DNA of 64,000 nt, taken from positions 10,106,001 through 10,170,000 of the forward strand of contig JBHGNT010000002.1 in NCBI GenBank assembly GCA_043228905.1, given 5' to 3'. Source of the DNA: Azolla caroliniana. Lineage: Eukaryota > Plantae > Polypodiophyta. The position numbers were made by a program, and so were the translations under genes. The notes under the pieces are model-generated. The model did not search any database. It was not told where the DNA came from and worked only from the letters and a program-made list of their open reading frames with translations. This document shows, one piece after another, positions 23,507 to 36,180 of the stretch (position 1 is the first letter of the stretch; each line of letters opens with the position of its first letter).

Positions 23507-26500
23507 ATGGATAGAGGCATGGCGAGCTCGCTTCCAATAGAGAAGCTCGACAGAACCAACTACGCGTCTTGGTCCTACAAAATGCACCAGTACCTGCTCG
23601 GGCACGGCTACTGGAGTTATGTCGAAGGAGCTAATGATGCGGCACCCGAATCAACACACAGAGACTTCCCGTCGTGGGAGCAATCGGCGAGCAGGGTATT
23701 TTTACTGCTTCGCGTCGTGTGTGGGCGAACAACTATTGAGCTATGTTCGGGATGCAAAGACGCCGAAGGGTGCGTGGGAAAATCTGAATAAGATTTTTGC
23801 CACAAGCACCACATCCAGGAAGCTTCAGCTCCGATAGGAGTTGAACAACCTACGACAACGCGACTTGTCGGTGGCGGACTATACCTCGAAGATCAAGGAT
23901 ATCTGCGACTCCCTCGCCTCCATAGAGGTGAACATCGAGGAGAGCGACATGGTCCAGATTTGTCTCGGAGGTTTGGCGTCGAAGTTCAAAGCGCTCCGAA
24001 CGGCTGTGTGTACCCGGGAGAATACGCCGTCCTTTTTCGACTTACAGTCAATGCTCCTGGTAGAGGAGAACCACGCGGGTGCATCTACAAGCACGCACGC
24101 CAACAACAGAATGTTGTACACGAAGGGAGATAGGCCCTGTGGACGTGGAGGACGAGGCGAGTCGGCGCGCAATGGAGGCGGCCGACGAGATCAAGGAAGA
24201 AGGCACCGAAGTGATGCCGACAGCAACTCCGGACCCTCTGGAAACAGGGGGAGTCGAAGCGATGTGAATCGGGAAGGGAAGGCCATCGCGGAGTGTTGGT
24301 ACTGTGGCAAGAAAGGCCACAGGGAAAGTGAGTGCTGGAAGAAGCGCGCCGATTCGGAGAGAACCGGTTCCGGAAACGGCTCCGGACATACCGACAAGGG
24401 AATTTGGCAGCGATCACACTACGCCGAAGACTCCGGGAGAGCCAGAGAAGGGTCTGCCTTCGTGACGAGACACGAAGCAAAGTCAATGAAACGGATCACC
24501 CCGAGATCGGACGAGGTGTGGTACGTAGACTCCGGTGCGTCAAACCACATGACGAGCCATAAGGAGTGGTTCTCGTACCTTGAAAAACCGATACAACCTG
24601 GAATAGTCGCAACTGGAGACGACACTCCGCATCCGATCACGAATGTCGGAGAAGTTCCCCTTAGCCATGTCGGGCAGAAAGGGAAACTCATGAACGTGCT
24701 GCACGTTCCGACAATCACGAAGAACTTGGGTCTCGGTCGGACATATCGTCGACCAAGGGATGGAGGTTCGGTTTACACACCTCGGGTGCTTCATTGAGGA
24801 AGAAGGCCGTGTGATTGCGCAAGGGCGCAGAGACGGGAGGATGTTCATCCTCGACTCCACTGACGGTGGCACCGCAATGTTCGCGAAGGGAAGAAAAACC
24901 GAGTCGGACATCGACTTGTGGCACAAGCGGATAGGCCATGTCAACTACCAGCGGCTTCAAGATCTGCAATCGAAACAGGTAGTGTTAGGATTGCCCAAAT
25001 TTAGTGGCCGAAAGGCACAAATTTGTGAAGCCTGCCAGCTCAGGAAGCAGCACCAACTTCCTTTCCCAAACGAGCGAAACCGGAGCCGGAACAAGCTCGA
25101 CCTTATACACTCCGATGTATGGGGGCCAACACAAAATGTTAGTCTTGGCGGGAGCCGATATTTCGTCTCCTTCATCGACGACCACATGCGGCACACGTGG
25201 ATCTACCTCATTGAGAGGAAGAACGAAGTCTTTGACTGTTTCCGAGACCTCAAAGGGTTCGTGGAAACGGAAACGGGACGAAAGATCAAGTGCCTGCGGT
25301 CGGATGGCGGGAAAGAGTACTTTTCTAGTCAATTCAACGGTTATCTACAACAAATGGGAATTCGGCGCGAATTCAATTGTAGATACACGCCAGAGCAGAA
25401 CGGCGTGGCCGAGAGGAAGAATCGGTTTGTTGTGGAAGCGGCACGGGCAATGTTGGAGGAGAAGAGCTTGCCCAAGTTCTACTGGGCCGAGGCGGTCAGG
25501 ACCGCGGTATACATCCAGAACCGGATCGGAGACAAAGTGTCGGCGCACGAGCTATATTTCGGAACGAAGCCGAACTTGCGACACTTGAGGGTTTTCGGTA
25601 GCATTGCGTATGTGCATGTACCGAAGGAGAAAAGGAGGAAGCTGGACGCAAAGGCCGAGAAATGCATCTTGGTCGGTTACTCGGACGAGCAGAAGGGTTA
25701 TAAGTGCTATAACCCTCGCACCAAACAAGCGCGTGTTAGCCGCGACGTTATGTTTCACGAGTCCGCGTCCTGGTACCAACCCCTGACTCCAATCTGAGCT
25801 CTGACGATGAGGTCAGCGAGGCCAAGATGCTTCCGGATGAGCCCGAAATCGAGACCCGCGAAGAGAGTCCGATTTCTCTCCGTTTAAGTGGACCGATTGG
25901 ACGACTGAGTCGGTACGACCAGTCCGATGAAGAGCCGGCGAGTAGTGGAGACTCGGCCGTGCATTCCCCGCGCAGGAAGCCGAGGAGACGGCTTACGCGC
26001 AAAGAGAAAGGGAAGAAGAAGGTGTCGGATTCCGGCATGGATAGGAACGAGTCAGACCGACGCGAGTCCGACTCCGAGGGAACCGGTGACGGGTCTTTAA
26101 AGGTGAAGACCGCGTCGACCGAGAAGGCCTCGACATCGGCTAATGTGAGATTATGCCGATCTACCCACCGGAAGAATTCTATTTTGCGGTTCGGATACAA
26201 CAAGTACATGGCGCATCATTATGCGTAGATGACCCGTGTAGCGGAAGTGCGTGAGCCGGAGAGCTACGCAGAAGTGGCTAAAGACGCGAATTGGCGTGCC
26301 GCGATGGAGGAAGAGATGCATGCATTGGCGGAGAACGAGACCTGGGACCTGGTTGACGCACCAAGAGGGGTAAAACCGATCGGGTGTAGGTGGGTGTACA
26401 AGGTCAAGTACAACACAGATGGCTCGGTCAACCGGTACAAGGCTCGACTAGTGGCAAAGGGCTACGCGCAGAAACCCCGCATCGACTACGATGAGACGTT

Positions 26501-28169
26501 TGCGCCGGTCGCAAAAATGACGACCGTCCGTGTTTTTCTCGCAGTAGCTGCGGTGAAGGGGTGGCACTTACATCAGATAGATGTAAAGAATGCGTTCCTG
26601 CAAGGTGAGCTTGAGGAACAGGTGTACATGGTACAACCCCCTGGATTTTACTCTGGAACGAATTCCTCGGCAGTATGCCGATTGAAGAAGTCCCTTTACG
26701 GACTAAAGCAAGCCCCGAGTGCCTGGAATGCGAAGATCACGCAACAACTACGTCGGATGGGCTTCGTCACGTCAAAATCGGACTCTTCCCTATTCATCCG
26801 GAAAGGTCGACTCGGACCGGTTAGTATTTTACTATATGTTGGTGACTTGGTCATCACCGGTGCCGACCTACGTGAAATCGACCGCGTGAAGCTCCAGCTT
26901 GCGGCATTGTTCGACATGAAGGATCTAGGGGACCTTCATTACTTCCTCGGGATCAAAGTGATCCGTACCTACGTGCTGAGTATGCTCTTCAAATTCGGGA
27001 TGGCCGACTGTAAGTCAGTCTCGACTCCTCTGGACAGAACCGTCAAGCTTCGTCCCGATACGGGAACGGTATGCGACCCGACGAGGTTCTGACAAATTGT
27101 CGGAAGCCTCATATACTTGAACATCACCCGACCCGACCTCAGTTATCCGGTCGGAGTGATCAGTTAGTTCATGGCGCGACCTACCGAGGAGCACCTTCAG
27201 TGTGCACAACGCATACTTTGGTATGTCAACGACACTAAGGACCGGGGACTGCTATATTGGACCGGTGCAGCCACGCAGTTAGTTGGCTACACCGATGTTG
27301 ATTGGGCTGGCAACGCCGCCGATCGCCGATCCACGTCCGGATACGCGTTCTCCCTCGGGAGTGCCCCGATGGCGTGGAGCAGTAAGAAGCAGCCGACAGT
27401 TGCACTGTCGAGCACCGAAGCTGAGTACCGAGGACCGGCTGTCGCGACATGCGAGGCCATATGGTTGAAGCGACTACTTAAGGACCTGCAAGAGGAGGTG
27501 TCAGATACGACGACGATCTACTGCGACAACCTCAGCAGCATCCAGCTCGCGAAAAACCCTGTTTTCCACGCACGGACCAAGCACATTGAGGTGCACTACC
27601 ATTTTGTTTGTGAGCGTGTCCTTTCTAGTGAAGTCGAACTTCAGTACGTTCCGACGGATCGGCAGACTGCCGACATCTTCACTAAGCCCCTTGGTCTGGA
27701 CAAGTTGCGGCAATTCTCTGGTGCGCTCGGATTGCGTCACCTCGACGTGCCAAACTTGAGGGGGAGAACAGTCCCGAACGACCAAGCAAAGCAGCAGGAA
27801 AGGAGCGGAGGCCGCGACACCGAGTCGGTTGACTCGGTTGTTGACTCGGTTGTCGAGTTAGACTTCGGATCGGCTGAAGAAGCCGAGGGCGGAGCCGCGG
27901 AAAAGTCCGAAAGTGGACATAAGGGGAGTAGCCGAAGGAGAGAGCCTAAGCCAACCAGGCATGGGGAAGATGACGCCACCAAGGGCGAGAAGACCGAATA
28001 CGAGTTGGAGACAACCAACTCGGACGGGAGCGAAAACCGATCGGAGGTAGCAGAGTCGGTTCAGATGTTTGATTCAGACACGCTGAATCAACCGAGGCCC
28101 AAGTGGAAGAAAAGGCAGCAGAAGAAGCGTCAACACCGCAACAACAGAAGAACTAATGAGGGCCACATC
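23507..28169 (+). pseudogene. Disrupted copia gag-pol of E (gag, CCHC knuckle, PR, GAG-pre-integrase, INT, RT, RH)
   Basis: CWYCGKKGHRESEC, WYVDSGASNHM, LWHKRIGH...CEAC, HSDVWGP, KARLVAKG, YVGD (mutated YVDD), TADIFTK; multiple stops and frameshifts. Confidence 0.93.
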
Positions 28170-28552
28170 TGTCAGAACCAAGGATAAAAGATAGAGTGAT
28201 GGAAGAAGGATAGAGAAGAATGGATGTATAAGATAGAGAAAGAAAGAGAATGGATACAAGATATGTAATGAGAGCTAAAGACTGGTGTTGATTCGAATTG
28301 ATTTGAGAATACATGTATGCGCTTATTTATAGGTTCCTATAGAATAGCTTAGAGATTTCTAGAATGTTCTAGACCTAGAATGCTCTAGGACATTCTAGAA
28401 CATTCTAGAATAATCTAGAGTTTTTACAATAATCAATGTAATACAAGAAGTAGCTTTTATTGTTTCATATAACAATAAGCTATCTTAATGGTTGAGGTTT
28501 TCAAGTATGAATTACAAGGTTCGAGGTTCAAGTCCGGGTGACGCCATAATGG

Positions 28553-31500
28553 TCATGTGTTCATGACACTATCCCTCCTTCGAGAACGCCGAGTGGAAGT
28601 CGGCGTTAACATTGTTGGGCCGGGCTTGTTTGGATAGTGACGATGGAAGTCGTTGACCAGAGCTTCAACATTACAAACGTTATCGATGGGTTCCCAAGTG
28701 CGATCACTCGGAGGATAACCAAGCCAATCAACTAGATAATAAAGCTTATTGCGCGCAATCTTAGAATCGAGAATAGCAGCTACCTCGTATTCGGGGCCGT
28801 CCACAAGTTGTACAGAAGGCGGTGGTGGCACGACACGATCAGGAATTAAAGAGGTGTGGCAAGGTTCCAAAAGAGAGCTATGAAAGACAGGGTGAAGCCG
28901 CATATGTGCAGGAAGGTTAAGACGAAATGTTGCATCATTAATCTGCGCCGTGATGACAAAAGGACCTAAGCGTTGATAGTCAAGCTTAGCACACGGTCGG
29001 GTAGTCTTGATGTGACGACGAAGCAACCATACACGGTCACCAACCTTAAACGGAGACTTAAGACGATGTCGATCGGCATTGGTCTTATGGTGTGCTTGCG
29101 CTTTCTGAAGATGTGACGATAACTCGAACTGGATTTGTTGTAGTCGGTGGAGGTGATGCGCCGCACTAGGGTTTCGTGACACCTCGGGAAGATCCAGTAT
29201 ACACCATCGAGGGTGGTTGCCGGTGTAGGCAAAGAAAGGTGTAACTTTGGTAGAAGAGTGGACCGTGTTGTTGTATGCAAACTCAGCAAGATGTAAAATT
29301 TTACTCCAATCATCTTGTTGATAACTAATGAAACATCAAAGATATTGCTCGAGCGTTTGATTTGTGCGCTCTGTTTGTCCGTCAGTTTGTGGATGATAAG
29401 CCGAAGAGAGGTTGCAAGAGATTTTGAGGCCTGCCCATAGGTGCTTCCAAAAGTGTGAGATAAATTGAGGACCTCGATCGCTAATAATATCATTCGGGAG
29501 ACCATGATGGCGAAACACTTCACACATAATGAGATCTGCAGTTTCTTCACTATTGATGATCTTTACACAGGGTACAAAATGTGCCATCTTGGTGAACTGA
29601 TCCACTACTGTTAAAATAGTATCAAAGCCTTTGGAAGGTGGCAGATCCGTAATGAAATCCATAGAAATAGACTGCCATGGCTTGTTGGGAGGGGGTAATG
29701 GTTGTAGTAAGCCATAAGGGTGATGCCGGGGTATTTTGGCGCGACAGCAGGTGTCACAAGTGCGAACATAATCTTCGACAAATTTTTGCAAGTGAGGCCA
29801 CCAAAACGAACGTTTCACCAGCTCAATGGTCTTGGAAATACCAAAATGTCCAGCCATGGGGGCATCATGACAATGTTCCAACAATTGAAGTCGGGGTGAT
29901 CCGTCGGGGACGTAAAGGAGATTCTTGTAGAAGAGTAAACCATCTTGCCACTTGAAGTCCTTATAATGTTGAGATGACCCTGGCAATGTGGAGCAAGATG
30001 GACGACTTGAACCACAGTGGGCTAAGACATCCTTAGCAAAATCATCCGAATGAAGTTGTTGCCGAATAGTGTCAAGAAGGGTAGAATCAAGTGGTGTGGC
30101 ATAAATTGTTGTTACCTGTAGCTTTGATGGCCCGAGGAGAGTTTGCTTTTGATTGTCAAAGGCCGGATCTCCAGGTCGAAGTGCTAGATACGAACGCCGA
30201 GACAGAGCATCTGCTTTCCCTTGTTGTTTTCCGGGGCGAAAAATGATCTTGAAATCGAAATGCGTTAGAAATTGGGCCCACCGAGCTTGTCGTCTATTTA
30301 ATACTCGAGCTGTTTGAAAATATGTGAGATTTTTGTGATCACTATAAATGATAATTTGATGAGGTGATCCTTCTAGAAAATGACGCCATTGCTCAAATGA
30401 GTCGACCACAGCTAGTAACTCCTTGTCATGCACCTCATAGTTTATCTCCGAAACAGTAAACTTTCTCGAGTGAAACGCGACTGGATGTATCTACCCGTCC
30501 TCGCCTGGTTGCGATAGGATACTCCCCAATGCAAAGTCTGATGCATCCGCCTCAATAGTAAATGGCTTTTCAGGATCAATATGTGCTAGGATGGGTGCTG
30601 ATGTGAATGCCTCTTTTAGCTGCGTAAAAGCCTTGTCCGCTTCGATACTCCAAAAAAATGCTTGATTTTTCTTGGTGAGTTGAGTAAGGGGCAACACAAT
30701 GCTTGAATAATTATGTATGAATTTGCGATAGAAGTTCGCAAATCCGAGGAAACACTGGACATCCCGAACTGAGCATGGGGGTTTCCATTCCAATATTGTT
30801 TGGACTTTTGCCGGGTCCATGAAAACACCTTGGGAGCAAATAGTGTATCCCAAAAATTCGACTTGTTTGCAATCAAAACTGCATTTCTCAAGTTTGGCGT
30901 AAAGACCATACTTCCTTAGGCGTTCAAGTACTTGCCACACATGTATATCATGCTCCCCCTGTGTTTTAGAGTAAATCAATAGATCATCTAGGTAGATGAT
31001 TAGAAAAATATCCAAGAAATCCCGGAAGATGTCATTTGCCATATGTTGGAATACGGCAGGTGCATTTGTGAGCCCGAAAGGCATGACTGTATACTCGAAA
31101 TGACCATACCGAGTACGAAATGCTGTTTTCCACTCATCTCCTGGCCGAATTCGAACAAGATTATATGCACCCCTTAGATCAATTTTGGTAAAATGCTTTG
31201 CCCCACCAATGCGTTCTAAGAGATTGGAGATTAAAGGTAAAGCATACCTATTCCTTATGGTGACTTTATTTAAGCCTTGATAGTCCACGACCAAACGAAG
31301 GGAGCTGTCCTTTTTCTTCACAAAAAAGATAGGAGCACCAGCTGGAGACTTTGAATGTCGAATAAACCCATGTGCAAGATTTTCCTCGATGTATTCTCGA
31401 AGAACCTCAAGCTCAGTCGGTGATAAATTGTAAATCGGCCCCACGGAGGCTCTTTTCCTGGTTGGAGATCAATAGGACAGTCGTACGACCGATGCTTTGG

Positions 31501-32181
31501 AAGAACACTAGCTTTGACTTTGTCAAAAACATCAGCATAGTCTTGATATTTTTTGGGAATTTGGATGTCTGAATTCCCTTGAATGACACTAGAAGGTGTC
31601 ACTGATACTACAAATAAGAAAAGGTCCTCCTTGCCTCCCACTTGGTGCAATTGTTGCAATGTGATGGCTAAAATTTGATGAGAAGGATATGGTGCATCGG
31701 TAGAACTATATACTTTGGGAGGATAATCCCGAGTTCGATCCTTGACAATGATATTTTCTGCTAAAGGGCACCTAATTTCTCGCTTCCTCCAATCGATTCT
31801 AGGGTTATGTAGCTCGAACCATGGCAAACCGAGGACAATTGGATGCTCAGGACTACGGATTATGTTAAAGGAAACTACACATCCTAAATCACCCAAGAGT
31901 ATGTGTATTGGCTCAGACTCTTCAAATATCTTCCCGGAAGCTATGGGGCGTCCATCAATCACTACTACGGAAACTGGACAAGGAAGTGTATGCAAGGATA
32001 TTTGGTGTTTTTGGGCAGAATCTCTATCCATGAAACAAGAATTGACTCCAGTATCTAAGAGGGCTTGGACTTGAAGTTGACAACTGGGTGTCCTAACTTG
32101 TACTAGGGCTGAGAAGACTCTACTAACATGCTTGGAAGAAATGGAACCCACACTAGGTTGTACATATCTAGGGTTGTCCAA
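28553..32181 (-). pseudogene. Pol of F: PR, RT, RH, INT, chromodomain; frameshift near 31444, stops at 30491 and 29336
   Basis: ALLDTG, KIDLRGAY, MPFGL, YLDD, EADASD, DKELLA, ISMDFI, GPF, EYEVAAILDSK...YLVDWLGY...TWEP. Confidence 0.93.
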
Positions 32182-32207
32182 CCAAATGGCTCTTATTTTG
32201 GCCGGAC

Positions 32208-33359
32208 TTATTCGTTTGACTCCTCTTCTAATTGGCTTAGGACTTCAAATTTATTGGACAAGGGTGGATTATTCATAATATTAGATTCACTAACTACTTC
32301 TAAAATGTTGGACTCATTTTTATTGTCATAGTGAATTTGATTTACCTGACGTCTCGGCCTACGGGAGCAATGAATGGCTATATGTCCTGGACCTCCACAA
32401 TATAAGCACAGATGGTTTGCTCGACGACGTTGCTTCTCTTCGTCTGACAACGGTCCTCGTCGTTGAGTCATATCGATCTCCATGGGTGTAGGACTATCCA
32501 TTGGGACTGGACTACGTGTTTGCCTTGGAGTTGGAGCAGGGCTATACATTTGCCTTGGGGATGATTGTGCCGTTACTGATGCATAAGTTGGTGTGAATCT
32601 AGATCTTGTTATTTGTTGTTGTCGCTCACATCAACGCTCAAAAAGACGATTATCACACCGTATTGCTCGACTAATAGCTTCTGTAAGTGACCTTGGATCC
32701 TCGGGGAAGGTAAGAAGTAAGTCTTTGACATCACTACGAAGGCCTGAACGGAATTGCTCCATTAGGGCTTGTTCATCCCAAGGAATATCACTTGCGATGA
32801 GACGGAAATTGGCAGCATATGTTGAAGCTGGTTGATCACCTTGACGAAGTGTACGAATCTTGTTGATAGCTGTTCTCGCCCCATCAGTATCTCCGAAACA
32901 AGCCTTAAATTCCTTGAAATTATTCAGTAGAGGAGAATTGGTCTCTAGCAATGGAGCAAACCACGACAACGCTATGCCTGTCAATAAAGTGCCCACTAGC
33001 CCGACTCGTGATGCATCTGTTGGATAACGTGCGGGATGCATTTGAATCACCAACCGTACTTGATTCAAAAAACCTCGGAAATGCGCCCTCGACCCATCAA
33101 TTTTAGCTGGGAGGCTAATTTTGGTCTCCTTGATAAGTCCCTGACCTTCAACCCTTTGTTGTTGTAACACAACGATTGTCGACTCTAACTGTTGCACTCG
33201 TCGCGTGAACTCCTCTTGTTGTTGTTGCTTCTCTATAGTAACCTTTTGTAGATCCCCAAGTAGACGTTGATTCTCTACTTCAAGAGATGCGAACTTGGAT
33301 TTAAGGTTCTCCATTTCTGCAACAAGGGTGAGATATTCTTCTGAGTTAATGGCAGCCAT
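32208..33359 (-). pseudogene. Gag of F (one premature stop at 32631)
   Basis: MAAINSEE...TGIALSW...LRQG...FRSGL; knuckle CLYCGGPGHIAIHC. Confidence 0.88.
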
Positions 33360-34482
33360 GGTTTCAGGATGGTTACAAAGGAGGATAAGAGAGAGAGAGA
33401 GAGAGAGAATTCGAATCAAACTGTCAGAACCAAGGATAAAAGATAGAGTGATGGAAGAAGGATAGAGAAGAATGGATGTATAAGATAGAGAAAGAAAGAG
33501 AATGGATACAAGATATGTAATGAGAGCTAAAGACTGGTGTTGATTCGAATTGATTTGAGAATACATGTATGCGCTTATTTATAGGTTCCTATAGAATAGC
33601 TTAGAGATTTCTAGAATGTTCTAGACCTAGAATGCTCTAGGACATTCTAGAACATTCTAGAATAATCTAGAGTTTTTACAATAATCAATGTAATACAAGA
33701 AGTAGCTTTTATTGTTTCATATAACAATAAGCTATCTTAATGGTTGAGGTTTTCAAGTATGAATTACAAGGTTCGAGGTTCAAGTCCGGGTGACGCCATA
33801 ATGGTCATGTGTTCATGACAACATCAGCAGACAAGCCGACCGGAAGGGTTGAAGCGCACGGAGTTGAACAGGTCGTGGAGCGCGAGCGAGGCGTGAAGCC
33901 AGGAGGAACCGGAGCTGTGAGCTCGAGGATCCCGAAGAGCCTCGAGTTGAGCTTGAGGGGGAGTGTTGAGAGACAAGCTCAACATCGGCCGGATCGGCTG
34001 AAGAAGCCGAGGACCGGATTGGTTGGGACCGATCGGTTTGGCCGAGTGCGTAAACCGGGAGGCCGTTAGGAAAGATATTCCGTGAGGAATATATTTGGGA
34101 GTTAGTGTAGGAGCTCTTAAAGAGCATTGAAGTACGGTCAGTCCTTCGAGGACTTGTATAAAAGTGTTCATGGAACACACATATGTATAGAGTAGTGAAT
34201 CGAGATCTTTTGTTGAATATAGTTCTTGTGTTTTCTCTCTCTCACTCTCTCTGTCTCTCCCGCGTATACTGTGTAAGCTCAAGCTCTGCATTAAACCTGA
34301 GTCTTCTTCCTTCTGTTCGGTCTTCATACTTGCTTCCGCACGTTACTTTTTACAGAAATTCACAAAATTCCTACCTTCCTCTTTCATATTCTTATTAGCC
34401 TTAAACTTCTCCTCCTCCTAGTTGAAAACGTCGGTTGTTCCCACCCGACTCATGCAATGATCTGGCGCTGAAAGGCACGACA

Positions 34483-35070
34483 TTGGTCATCATATTTTGA
34501 ACGATCGTCATCATGCAACTGATTCCGATTTTCCAAAGAGTTATTTTTAGGATGAATTTGCCGAACCGGTGCGTCTGTTATATTGAGTAGATTATACTCA
34601 CACTGCTCGATTGAATGAGCTTTGGAATGGCAAATCGTACAATAAGTGCGTAAACTATACTCTATTGTCGAATGCCCTGTGTTGAGGCAAGTAGTACACT
34701 GAACAACTTGCAGAAATGTGAGCTCTTCTAATGTAGGCAACTACCGGTGTAACGTCGACATGTTCATACTTGTGTTATTGTTTGTCTAATTTATTGCTAG
34801 AGCCTTATTGACCACTTGCTCCAGTGATTTATTCTGGAAATCAAACACTGGTACGGTTGTTCAAGGAGGTTCACGTATAGCCTCCAGGAAAATATCCATC
34901 AATTCCTCTTCTGGAATTGATTGCGAAATCGGAAATTGTAAATTTGGAGATCGGATCACAAATTGTGATACCATTTCATGTGACTCCTGATAGGCCGCAT
35001 AGAACTGACCTATTAGATCCTTCCATGGGATCTGCCAATTAAACAATTGTGTGAATTTCGCAGCTAATTC
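34483..35070 (-). pseudogene. Gag N-terminal remnant of a J/H/I-group gypsy
   Basis: LEELTFLQVVQCTTCLNTGHS...CTICHSKAHSIEQC and QIPWKDLIGQFY...VSQFVIR match I gag (59872-61005). Confidence 0.85.
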
Positions 35071-35716
35071 CTCATGGCAAAATTCGTAAATGCTAACTCA
35101 TCGATCCACCATGACGATTCGACTCAGACTCCTTCGTGCTTCAACTCCAACCCTTTCACACCTATCCAATTCCGACCTTCCCACCCTATAGCCGACCGAC
35201 GAACAATGATGTCACAGATATTCGCCTGGATGTGATGGAATGGGGACAGGACCACCGGGGTCTCGAACGATGAAGCCGGGAAAGGGAAGAGATATTTTCG
35301 GGGTTGACATATAGATACCTTCACAAGAGTCGGTAAAGAGGAGAGGGATTATCCGGATCATCTTCCGGATAACCTCGCCAAAGTGCGGGCCGGACACGTA
35401 TATGATTCAGACTAGTCTCTGGTTGATGAGCAAGCAGATTCAGATGTGTTCACCGCTTTGGAGCTACTACTGGGTAATGGACGATGAGCACACAGGCTCA
35501 GGGGTCCCAGCTAAGCACACAAGCGGAGGGGACAGAGGAAAGAGCGTAAACAAAGACAGAGAGACATTCAACGACACAAGGCGACCCAGATAGCAACAAA
35601 AGGATCAATTAGCTCGGAATAATAAAAATACAACTAGACTCGACCGGCTAGACAACTGCTAGCTCCCCACACTCACACACACACTAACGAGCTTCCGATC
35701 CTGAGCACACGGGATA

Positions 35717-36180
35717 TGTTTATCCTGGGCTGGACTAGCCCAAACATAGGGTGTCTATTCGGAACACGTTTCCAACGGGGTGGTTTGGATATGGATGATT
35801 ATCTGGTATTGATCCTGCAATTTATATGTAACACCCCAACTACTACCGGATTGCCTTCTGGACCACTTAATTACACGCGTATGATTTGTATTTACAACAC
35901 AGACAAACACTACACAAAGGAGACAATAAGATTAACAACAATTCATGCTTAACTTGTATTACTTCCATCTCTTCATACATTCATCCAGATCCTTTTATAG
36001 GAATCCCATATAGATTACAAAATGGTGCCTTATCGGCTACTAATCGGTGCGGATTCGGATCGGTACAACTATCTAGATCTGTCCGTTACTATAAAATTAC
36101 TAACTACTATTTATATTATTAATACGATCGGACTCTTCCCTGTCCACACTTGTCCTCCAGATCATACTCTTAGGCCAACA
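35717..36180 (-). repeat. Probable 3' LTR of element K (H/I-related), followed by an extra-ORF remnant at ~36200-36760
   Basis: TGTT...AACA ends; 464 bp, like H/I LTRs; TATAAAA on minus near 35995; same TGGCAC...TGGG motif 2 nt after AACA. No partner LTR seen. Confidence 0.55.

Larger units (their letters stand above)
28170..33820 (-). mobile_element. Element F: full-length Tcn1-like chromovirus (Ty3/gypsy); 399-bp LTRs at 28170-28568 and 33422-33820
   Basis: LTRs identical by eye; TSD ACATC (28165-28169, 33821-33825); PPT GAAGGAGGGATAG adjacent to 28568. Confidence 0.96.
23030..34354 (+). mobile_element. Element E: full-length Ty1/copia (~5.7 kb without nested F); LTRs 23030-23434 and 33964-34354
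   Basis: TG...CA LTR pair; TSD GAAAT (23025-23029, 34355-34359); PBS TGGTATCAGAGC; PPT GAGGGGGAG 33955-33963. Confidence 0.96.
22422..34482 (+). repeat. Diverged solo LTR of family A (22422-23029 plus 34360-34482) split by element E
   Basis: Starts TGTCGTAGTA, ends AAAGGCACGACA; similar to 12267-12985. Confidence 0.75.

Noticed and set aside
28476-28546. Functional tRNA gene in the F LTR (and similar cassettes in A, D, G)
   Set aside because: A/B boxes and a CCA are present, but I could not fold acceptor and anticodon stems; reported only as tRNA-like promoter cassettes
33360-33566. Hydrophobic N-terminal extension of F gag
   Set aside because: Translation of CT-rich LTR/leader upstream of the likely ATG at 33359
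35100-35716. GC-richer segment between the gag remnant and LTR K
   Set aside because: No recognisable ORF, PBS or repeat partner in the window; left unannotated
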